Assembly: GCA_036676495.1 (NCBI GenBank)
Contig: JAKFCT010000056.1
Location: 1-21,633 of the forward strand
Origin: Candidatus Sericytochromatia bacterium
GTDB lineage: Bacteria; Cyanobacteriota; Sericytochromatia; S15B-MN24; UBA4093
Reading direction: 5' to 3'
DNA length: 21,633 nucleotides
Below are positions 8,698 through 15,645 of the stretch, piece after piece. How positions within the stretch are numbered: the first letter of the stretch is position 1; every line of letters starts with the position of its first letter. Both the position numbers and the translations under genes were made by a program. The notes under the pieces were generated by a model that saw only the letters and a program-made list of their open reading frames with translations, was not told the DNA's origin and ran no database searches.

Positions 8698-10011
8698 GTG
8701 AACGTTCACCCTGATACCGTCAGCTTCACGGCACTCTCGCGCGGCCTTTCGAAACAGCCGCGGGCGCTAAGCCTAACGTCACCCCGCTCCCGGCGGCCGG
8801 GGCGCTGGCGGGCCGCGCTGGCCATGCTCGCCCTTTGCGCCACCCTCGGGGCGAGCCCGGCGGCGGCGCACCAGGATCCGTTCCACCGGCTGGATCTCCT
8901 GCTCGCAGAGCCCGCCGCCAAGCAGAGCCACCTCGGCCTCGAGGTGCGCCGGCTCTCCGGCGAAGTGCTCTACGCGCATCACCCCCAAAGGCTCTTCACC
9001 CCGGCCTCGGTCGTCAAGCTGGCGACCGCCTTCGCCGCCCTGCGCCATCTGGGCCCCGAAACGCGCTTCAAGACCGAATTGCTCGCCACGACCGACGTCA
9101 CGCTTGGGGAGCTGCCGGGCGACGTCTGGCTGAAGGGCTACGGGGATCCGACGCTTCGTATCAGCGACCTCGACGCGTTCGTCATGGCGCTCCAGGAGCG
9201 CGGCGTGAAGCGCATCGTCGGGGACCTGATCGCCGACGCGACCCTCTTCGAGGGTCCGCGCCATCCTTCTGGCTGGATGTGGGACGATCTCGACGCGGGC
9301 TTCGCGGCTCCCATGAGCGCCCTGAGTCTCGACGCCAACGCGCCCTCGGGCCTCTCGGAGCCCCCGGAGCAACGGGTGGCCCTCCGGCTGCGCGAGCGCC
9401 TGGCAGAAGCCGGGATCACGCTCGCCGGGACGGTTCGGGTGGGGGCGGCGCCCGTGGAAGCCCAGGTCCTCTACCGGCACGTCTCGGCTCCGGTCTCGGA
9501 GATCGTCCGGGACCTCAACAAGGCCTCGAACAACTTCTACGCGGAGACCCTGATCCGGCATCTGGGGCTGCCGCAGGCCACCGGCTCCCATGCCGCGGGC
9601 ATGGCCGCGCTCTCCGAGACGCTCGACGCGATCGGCTGGGAGCGGGGACGATACCGCCTGGCCGATGGGTCGGGGCTCTCTCGCTACGATGCCGTGACGC
9701 CGGCCCAGATGACGGACCTGCTCTTGGCGGCGGCCCGCATGCCCGAGGCTTCCGTGTTCCTGGCCTCGTTGCCCGTTGCGGGAGTCGATGGCACGTTGGC
9801 CGCGCGCATGCGCGGCATGCGCGCGGAAGGCGTCGTATGGGCCAAGACCGGCACCATGAGCGGTGTGAGCAGCCTTTGCGGCTACGTGCTGATTCCGGGC
9901 AAGGAGCCATTGGCCTTCGCCCTCATGATCAACGGGTTCGTGGGCTCGGCAAGGCCCGTCCAGGAGTTTCAGGACCGCCTGATCGACGCCCTGATCGAGG
10001 CCGTGGACTGA
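8698..10011 (+). CDS. dacB: D-alanyl-D-alanine carboxypeptidase/endopeptidase (PBP4, peptidase S13); true start uncertain, between 8698 and 8824
   Basis: Active-site motifs PASVVK (SxxK), SNN (SxN) and AKTGT (KTG), plus KGYGDPTL, DGSGLSR and LPVAGVDGTL. Signal-peptide-like segment ending SPAAA-H. Confidence 0.93.
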   Translation: MNVHPDTVSFTALSRGLSKQPRALSLTSPRSRRPGRWRAALAMLALCATLGASPAAAHQDPFHRLDLLLAEPAAKQSHLGLEVRRLSGEVLYAHHPQRLFTPASVVKLATAFAALRHLGPETRFKTELLATTDVTLGELPGDVWLKGYGDPTLRISDLDAFVMALQERGVKRIVGDLIADATLFEGPRHPSGWMWDDLDAGFAAPMSALSLDANAPSGLSEPPEQRVALRLRERLAEAGITLAGTVRVGAAPVEAQVLYRHVSAPVSEIVRDLNKASNNFYAETLIRHLGLPQATGSHAAGMAALSETLDAIGWERGRYRLADGSGLSRYDAVTPAQMTDLLLAAARMPEASVFLASLPVAGVDGTLAARMRGMRAEGVVWAKTGTMSGVSSLCGYVLIPGKEPLAFALMINGFVGSARPVQEFQDRLIDALIEAVD

Positions 10012-10014
10012 GGC

Positions 10015-10965
10015 TCAACGCTGGAGGTAGTTCTCGAAGCCCGCGCAGAAAAACTCGACGCCCCCCGGGAACAGGCGCTCGTAGCGGCCCATGACGGGAG
10101 AGGCGGCATCCGTCGGCTGCTTGAGCACGACCGTGACCTTAGGCGCATAGCCGAAGAAGCCCCGGAAGAGCAGGTAGCGGATGTTGGCATCCGATTCGCT
10201 CAGCGAATAACCAATGAAGACGATCTCCTGCGCCTGGGCCAGCTCCCACTCGGCTTTCTTCCACAACGCGGAAAGGAACGGCGAGGGCGGCACCTTCAGG
10301 GGCGTCGGAGGAATGATGAGCACCCGCATGGGCCCCTCGCAGGTGGGACAGACCTCGTCCGGGCGCAGGCGGCGATCCCGGGTGAAGACCGTCGAGAAGC
10401 AAGAGGGGCAATAGCCCCAGTTGAGGGAGCCATGGAGCTTGTACAGCTTCAGGGTCCCGCGGGCCGGCGGCGCATGATGGCCGTCGAAGAAATCGAGCGC
10501 GTAATCCGGCTGGAGGCCCATCTGGAAGAGCGCATGATCCAGCAAGAGGTCGTAATTGAGCGAGATCAGGCTGGTGCTCTCGGCCGGGGCGCGCGCGAGC
10601 AGCGTCCGGTACAGGCTGTGCTCCTTGGAGCCGTTGGTCTGGACGTCCAGGGTGTCGCCGATGAAATCATAGATGCAGCTGACCAGCTCTTCCCGGCACT
10701 TGGCCAGATCGGAAAGGCTCCAGGCCTGGGCGATGGGCTCTCCCTTCGAGAGGCAGTTGTCGAGGATCGAGAGCAGCTCCTCGATGTAGGGGAGATCGTG
10801 ACCCTCGGCGAAGCCCCAGCCTTCGAGGAAGCGTCTCAAGGTCAGGTACTGATCGGCACGACGGGAGAGGCCGCCTCGCAGGAGATCGGCGCTGGTGGGG
10901 GCGGCGGGTTCCTCGGCGGCACTGGCTCCGGCTCCGAAGAAGTAAAGCGTCTTGTATCGTTTCAT
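10015..10965 (-). CDS. SIR2-like (SIR2_2-type) NAD-binding protein with a CxxC...CxxC zinc site
   Basis: FFGAGAS, ISLNYDLLLD, LYKLHGSLNW, CPSC...CPTC, IIPPT and IVFIGYSLSESD. Confidence 0.85.
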   Translation of the reverse strand: MKRYKTLYFFGAGASAAEEPAAPTSADLLRGGLSRRADQYLTLRRFLEGWGFAEGHDLPYIEELLSILDNCLSKGEPIAQAWSLSDLAKCREELVSCIYDFIGDTLDVQTNGSKEHSLYRTLLARAPAESTSLISLNYDLLLDHALFQMGLQPDYALDFFDGHHAPPARGTLKLYKLHGSLNWGYCPSCFSTVFTRDRRLRPDEVCPTCEGPMRVLIIPPTPLKVPPSPFLSALWKKAEWELAQAQEIVFIGYSLSESDANIRYLLFRGFFGYAPKVTVVLKQPTDAASPVMGRYERLFPGGVEFFCAGFENYLQR

Positions 10966-11087
10966 GTGGCCCCTGCGGTCGGGCCCCTGCGCGCAGCGCG
11001 TTCGCGTGGCATGGGGCGACGCTTGTTACCCATTGTAAACATCCCGGACGCCGCCGGGAAGGGCCGGCGTCCCGGTAGACGCTCCCG

Positions 11088-11861
11088 TCAGGAGGCGTTC
11101 TTGGGGGTCGGGGCGTGGCGTTTCAGGAGGATCCGCGCCTGATCCGCCTCTTTCGAGTGGGGGGCCTGGGCGACGATGGATCTCAGGGTCGCGAGGCCCT
11201 TCTGGTAATGGCCGGCATGGCTGGGACGGCCCCACATGATGCCCGAGGCGTAGAGGTAGTCCCAGCCGATGGCGAGCTTCGCCGCGAGGACATGGGTGGA
11301 GCGCGGGTACTGCTGGATGAAGCTTTCGTAGCGGCGGGCATCCTCCAGGGCGAGCCCGGTATCCGGGTCCCACTCGTTGGGGGCGATCTCGTCGGAGGCG
11401 ATGAGGCGCCAAGCGGCTTCATGGGCCAAGGCGTGCTTGGGGTACTGCTTGAGGAAGATCCGGTAAGCGTCTCCGCGGTAGCGGTAACGTCCTCCCGGTT
11501 CGTAATAGGCGAACGTCCCCAGGTGTTTGGCGGCCCAGTGCTGGCGGGGGCGGAGGTAGTCGAGCCACTCGGGGTTTTTGGGGTCGAGGCGCCGGCGCTG
11601 GCGCCAGCGGGCGTTGATCTGCTCGACGTAGGCCTCGGCGGATTCGCCGAGCAAGAGGAGGACGCGGGGCCCGCGATCGCTCTGGAGGACGTTTTGGTTG
11701 CGCGCCAAGGGGGCCAGGGCCTCGAGGGCTTCCTGGTAGTTCTTCCGGGCGATCGCCTGTTCCGCAGGCTTCAGCGAGACCGGCATGACATCCGCCCAGG
11801 CGGGGCTGAGCAGGCTTGATGACAGCAAGACGGCGCAAGCCACTCGGGAGAAACAGCGCAT
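11088..11861 (-). CDS. Secreted hypothetical protein with TPR-like helices (BamD/YbgF-like repeats)
   Basis: ATG at 11861 with AAGGAG RBS and a signal peptide ending PAWA-D. Repeated motifs FLKQYPKH..AHEA, FIQQYPRS..VLAA and IVAQAPHSKEADQA are typical of BamD/CpoB-like TPRs. Confidence 0.7.
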   Translation of the reverse strand: MRCFSRVACAVLLSSSLLSPAWADVMPVSLKPAEQAIARKNYQEALEALAPLARNQNVLQSDRGPRVLLLLGESAEAYVEQINARWRQRRRLDPKNPEWLDYLRPRQHWAAKHLGTFAYYEPGGRYRYRGDAYRIFLKQYPKHALAHEAAWRLIASDEIAPNEWDPDTGLALEDARRYESFIQQYPRSTHVLAAKLAIGWDYLYASGIMWGRPSHAGHYQKGLATLRSIVAQAPHSKEADQARILLKRHAPTPKNAS

Positions 11862-12068
11862 GAACCGCTCCTTTGGGTGCGGGGACGTTCCCATGCTCAT
11901 GATTCAGCCAACCCTACTCATGCTAGCATCCCGGAGTGAAAAACGTTTTAAGAAACGATGACTTCCCGAACGGGCGCTCCAGGCCCGGAGGTCGTGGTAT
12001 GGTAGGGGTAGCCCCCCCGAAGGCTAGATGATCGCAGGATTACGGCGAGATTACAGTTTTCGATTCGG

Positions 12069-12093
12069 GTTTCGGCGGGGGGGCTTCCGGGTA
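12069..12093 (+). promoter_or_regulatory. Candidate SigB/SigF-type alternative-sigma promoter
   Basis: GTTT (12069-12072), a 16-nt spacer, then GGGTA (12089-12093), upstream of the GGDEF-EAL gene. Confidence 0.45.
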
Positions 12094-12206
12094 GTTTAAC
12101 CCTTGTATGCTAGCCCTTTCGTGCTAACCCCGAGAGCGTCGGAACTCCAGGACGGGAAGGCAAGGGAAAGCATGGATTCGCTGAGGAACCTTCGAGCATC
12201 GATGAC

Positions 12207-13943
12207 ATGATGGACAAGCCGATGCCCTTGGATGGGGCCGAACGACTCGCGGAGCTGATCCGCCTGCTGATGGCGCATGCCCCGGCCGCGATCGCCATGT
12301 TCGATCGCGACATGCGCTATCTGATGGCGACCCCGCGCTGGCGGGAGGATTTCCGGCTCGGCGACCAGCCTCTGATCGGCCGCTCGCATTACGAGGTCTT
12401 CCCCGAGTCTCCCGACCACTGGAAGGCCATGCACCAGCGCTGCCTCCAGGGAGCGAGCGAGCGCAACGAGGAAGAGCCCTTCGTTCGCGCCGACGGCCGC
12501 ATCGACTGGGTGCGCGGCGAGATCCTGCCGTGGCGCGACAGCTCCGGTGAAATCGGCGGCATCCTCATGTTCTCCGAGGTCATCACCCAGACCCGCCGCG
12601 CCGAGGAGACCATCAAGCGGATGGCCTACTCGGACCCGCTCACGGATCTTCCCAACAAGCAGCTTTTCATGGACCGGCTCAACCAGGCGATCGAGCATGC
12701 CGGCGCCACCCAGCGGCAAGTCGCCGTGATGTTCCTCGACCTCGACCGCTTCAAGCTGATCAACGATACCCTCGGCCATGACATCGGAGACCTCTTGCTC
12801 ATGGCCATCGCCGAGCGTCTGGCGGGCTGCATGAGCACCGCCGACACGGTGGCCCGCCTCGGAGGCGACGAGTTCACCATCGTCCTGGGCGACGTCTCGG
12901 ACGCCGAGGAAGTCGCCCAGATCGCCAAGAGCATCCTCGAGGCGCTCTCCAAGCCCATCCGGGTCCGCGACCAGGAGCTCTTCGTCAGCACCAGCATCGG
13001 CATCAGCATGTTCCCGGACGACGGGGAGCAGGCCGTCCACTTGCTCAAGAACGCGGACGCGGCCCTCTACCAGGCCAAGGAGCGGGGCAACGGCTACGAG
13101 TTCTACGTCTCCACGATGAACGCCACCGCCCCCGAGCGGCTCGCCCTGGAAAACAGCCTGCGCCGGGCCCTGGAGCGCGGAGAGCTCACCCTCCACTACC
13201 AGCCGCAGCTGGACCTATCGACGGGCCGCATCGTGGGTGCGGAAGCCCTCGCCCGCTGGCAGCATCCCGAGTGGGGCATGGTCCCCCCGGCCACGTTCAT
13301 CCCGCTGGCCGAAGAAACCGGCCTCATCATCCCGATCACCGAATGGGTGCTGAGGACCGCGTGCCTTCAAAACAAGGCCTGGCAGATGGCGGGGTTGCCG
13401 CCGATCCGGATCTCGGTCAACCTTTCCGGACGCTCGTTCAAGCAACGGGATCTGGCCTCGATGGTCGATCGCGTCTTCAGCGAAACCGGCCTCCTGCCGC
13501 ATCACCTCGACCTCGAGCTTACCGAGAGCAGCCTCATGGAGGACGTCGAGGCGACCACCGTCACGCTGAACCGCCTGAACGGCATGGGCATCCAGCTCTC
13601 GATCGACGACTTCGGAACCGGCTACTCCTCCCTGAGCTATCTGAAGCGCTTCCCGCTCTCGACCCTGAAGATCGACCGCTCCTTCGTGCGAGACCTGGCC
13701 AACGACCAGGACGACGCGGCCATCGTCAAGGCCATCATCGCGCTGGCCCACAGCCTTTGCCTGCGGGTGGTCGCGGAAGGCGTGGAGACCGAGGAGCAGC
13801 TGGCCTTCCTGCAAGCCGAGAACTGCGACGAGATCCAGGGCTACTACCTCAGCCGCCCGTTGCCGGCCGATGCGTTCGCGCAGTTCCTCGCCAAGCAGGC
13901 CAGCAGCCATCCCAAGTCATCCTTCAAAGCCAGCGCCTCGTAG
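12207..13943 (+). CDS. PAS-GGDEF-EAL diguanylate cyclase/phosphodiesterase
   Basis: PAS: APAAIAMFDRDMRY...GRSHYEVFPE. GGDEF domain: DPLTDLPN, DLDRFKLINDTLGHDIGD, RLGGDEF. EAL domain: YQPQ, EALARW, ELTES, IDDFGTGYSSLSYL, LKIDRSF, AEGVET, QGYYLSRP. Confidence 0.96.
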   Translation: MMDKPMPLDGAERLAELIRLLMAHAPAAIAMFDRDMRYLMATPRWREDFRLGDQPLIGRSHYEVFPESPDHWKAMHQRCLQGASERNEEEPFVRADGRIDWVRGEILPWRDSSGEIGGILMFSEVITQTRRAEETIKRMAYSDPLTDLPNKQLFMDRLNQAIEHAGATQRQVAVMFLDLDRFKLINDTLGHDIGDLLLMAIAERLAGCMSTADTVARLGGDEFTIVLGDVSDAEEVAQIAKSILEALSKPIRVRDQELFVSTSIGISMFPDDGEQAVHLLKNADAALYQAKERGNGYEFYVSTMNATAPERLALENSLRRALERGELTLHYQPQLDLSTGRIVGAEALARWQHPEWGMVPPATFIPLAEETGLIIPITEWVLRTACLQNKAWQMAGLPPIRISVNLSGRSFKQRDLASMVDRVFSETGLLPHHLDLELTESSLMEDVEATTVTLNRLNGMGIQLSIDDFGTGYSSLSYLKRFPLSTLKIDRSFVRDLANDQDDAAIVKAIIALAHSLCLRVVAEGVETEEQLAFLQAENCDEIQGYYLSRPLPADAFAQFLAKQASSHPKSSFKASAS

Positions 13944-13969
13944 CAGGCGCTCGCAGGCCCACGATCGCC

Positions 13970-14003
13970 AAAGGGGGCTCCGGCTTGGCCGGAGCCCCCT
14001 TTT
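13970..14003. terminator. Bidirectional intrinsic terminator
   Basis: AAAGGGGGCTCCGGC-TTG-GCCGGAGCCCCCTTT(T): a perfect 15-bp inverted repeat with T-tracts on both strands, between convergent genes. Confidence 0.9.
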
Positions 14004-14060
14004 CAGCGCCTGCGGCTGTTGCGTAAGGCAGCGAAGCTGACCTGAAGCAACGAAGATCGT

Positions 14061-14564
14061 CTAGTACGAGAGCTGCGTGCTGGCGAGCGTCAGGTGTCCG
14101 AGCGCGGGCTCCTGGCCGAAGCCGGCCACTTGCGCGTCGAAGCTCCAGGCCGTCAGCGTCGGCTGGGTCACGAGCTTGATCTCGCCACCGGCTCCCTGGT
14201 AGGCATCGTAGCCCGAGTAGAGGTGAAAGAGCGTCGGGATGGCGACGTAGAGCCGATCCAAGGGGCTGGGAATGGGGACCACGGCCGGAATCCACCAGAG
14301 CGCGACGGCGCCGATCAGGTGCATGACGGCTTTGGGGCGCTGCTCGTTGAAGACCCACTGGCCGAAGCCCGGCAGGATCACCGACGAGACGCCTGCCAAC
14401 AGGGCGCGAATCTCCTGAGTATCGCTGTCCATGTCGTTATTCGATTGAACGGTCTGTTTGCGCGCCTGAGAAAGCTGGAAGGTCTCGTCAGCGGCAAAAG
14501 CGGGAAGCGCCGCTCCGACCGTCAAGGTCGCGGTGAGCAGGCCCGCGAAGAGTTTCGTCTGCAT
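14061..14564 (-). CDS. Hypothetical exported/membrane protein
   Basis: ATG at 14564 with AAGGAG RBS and a signal peptide ending PAFA-A. Contains a hydrophobic hairpin SSVILPGFGQW....KA..HL...HLYSGYDAY, a pattern resembling TM2/DUF5683-like membrane domains. Confidence 0.7.
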   Translation of the reverse strand: MQTKLFAGLLTATLTVGAALPAFAADETFQLSQARKQTVQSNNDMDSDTQEIRALLAGVSSVILPGFGQWVFNEQRPKAVMHLIGAVALWWIPAVVPIPSPLDRLYVAIPTLFHLYSGYDAYQGAGGEIKLVTQPTLTAWSFDAQVAGFGQEPALGHLTLASTQLSY

Positions 14565-14680
14565 TCCAATCTCCTTCGTCGAATCCACGATCGTGACTGC
14601 GTCCTGGCGGGCGATCGCCCGCCCATCTTATTAGTTTACCCCGAACTCCCGACCGCGAAGCCGCCGGCTCGCCGTCGTCC

Positions 14681-14730
14681 AAACAGCGCTAGGCTCGCAA
14701 GCCTCCGAAGAGGGCATGCGAGCCTTGCGC
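14681..14730 (-). terminator. Probable terminator after the coiled-coil gene
   Basis: Minus strand GCGCAAGGCTCGCATGCCCTC-TTCG-GAGGCTTGCGAGCCTAGCGC-TGTTT: a long imperfect stem with a C(UUCG)G loop, 13 nt after the stop. Confidence 0.7.
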
Positions 14731-14743
14731 CACGGGAACCGGA

Positions 14744-15508
14744 TCAGGAGTTGTCGGTGAAGGAGAAGCCTTTGCCCGCCGCGGCGCGCTGGATGGCGCG
14801 GAGCAGCTTGTCGCTGAAGTCCTTGATCATCTGGTTGAAGTTCCACTGGCCGTAGCGCATGAAGCTCGCGAGCGCATCCTTGCCGGTCACGGTCTCGTTC
14901 AGGACGTCCTCGCCCCGCTCGTCACGCCGGCTCATCCCGGTATTGACGACCTTGGCCCACTCCTCGAGCGCGTTGGTCGGTCGGAAGTTCGACCAGTCCT
15001 GCTGCGCGCGAATGTCGACCTGCTGGGTGAGGCGGCTGGAATCGAGTCCCAGGCGGTCCATGAGCTGCCGCTGAAAGCCGAGCTTCCCGCCTTCCAGCTG
15101 ACTGAGCTTCGACTCCGCCGAAGCCAGGCGGCTCTGGGCCGAAGAAACCTGACTTTCCGCCTGCGAAACCGTGGAACGGGCCCCGGAAATGGCGGCCTTC
15201 AGCGCGTTGGCCTTCTTTCCGTCCGGATCGGTCTTGGCGTCGAGCGCGGCCAGCTGCGCCTCCAGGGAGCCGAGGCGCGAGCGCGCGCCGCTCAGGTTGG
15301 CCTGGGCCGCGCCCAACGCGCCCTTCGCCAGGGAGAGATCCTGCTTGGCCTTGTCGATTTCCTTCTCGTAGGTCTCCAGCTTGTCCCAAGCCTGAAGGGT
15401 GGTGTTTACCAGCTCATCGGCGCCTTGCTTGTCGCTAAGGAAGACGAAGCCTCGGTTATCGACTCCGGTCCGGCGGGAAAACGCCTGGATATCTGAAAGA
15501 TCAACCAT
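14744..15508 (-). CDS. Hypothetical coiled-coil protein without signal peptide
   Basis: 254 aa with AGGAGG 6 nt before the ATG. The Ala/Ser/Gln-rich heptad hairpin is broken by TDPDG. It has its own upstream AT-rich region and a downstream hairpin. Confidence 0.8.
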   Translation of the reverse strand: MVDLSDIQAFSRRTGVDNRGFVFLSDKQGADELVNTTLQAWDKLETYEKEIDKAKQDLSLAKGALGAAQANLSGARSRLGSLEAQLAALDAKTDPDGKKANALKAAISGARSTVSQAESQVSSAQSRLASAESKLSQLEGGKLGFQRQLMDRLGLDSSRLTQQVDIRAQQDWSNFRPTNALEEWAKVVNTGMSRRDERGEDVLNETVTGKDALASFMRYGQWNFNQMIKDFSDKLLRAIQRAAAGKGFSFTDNS

Positions 15509-15645
15509 CTCACGCCTCCTGGGCCGCGGTCATGGCGCGGCCCCTCCTATAGAGTCTTATCCCGCATTCCGGTGGATTCCTTTCATTAAATGCTCGTTAG
15601 ACGCAATAAGTCTTCGTTGCGCGATCCCGATCGGGGGAGTGGCGC

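Noticed and set aside
10962-11033. 23-codon ORF (MGNKRRPMPRERAARRGPTAGAT*) overlapping the SIR2 start by ATGA, containing a 10-bp direct repeat GGCCCCTGCG (10968-10977, 10982-10991)
   Set aside because: It has no RBS and its first ATG overlaps the likely -10 (TACAAT). Such a short GC-rich ORF and repeat are readily explained by chance.
10015-11861. Defence island or mobile element around the SIR2-like gene
   Set aside because: No integrase, transposase, tRNA, flanking direct repeats, obvious compositional shift or second defence gene is visible.
11900-12207. c-di-GMP riboswitch upstream of the GGDEF-EAL gene
   Set aside because: I could not find the GEMM-I pattern (GGCAAAC..GAAA stem followed by GCAAAGC-type P2) or a class II pattern by eye. 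An Infernal scan would be needed to exclude it formally.
633-14730. A REP/MITE family formed by the intergenic hairpins (633-670, 2916-2933, 13970-14002, 14686-14730)
   Set aside because: The hairpins share no primary sequence beyond a UUCG loop in two of them, and each sits just after a stop codon, which fits independent terminators.
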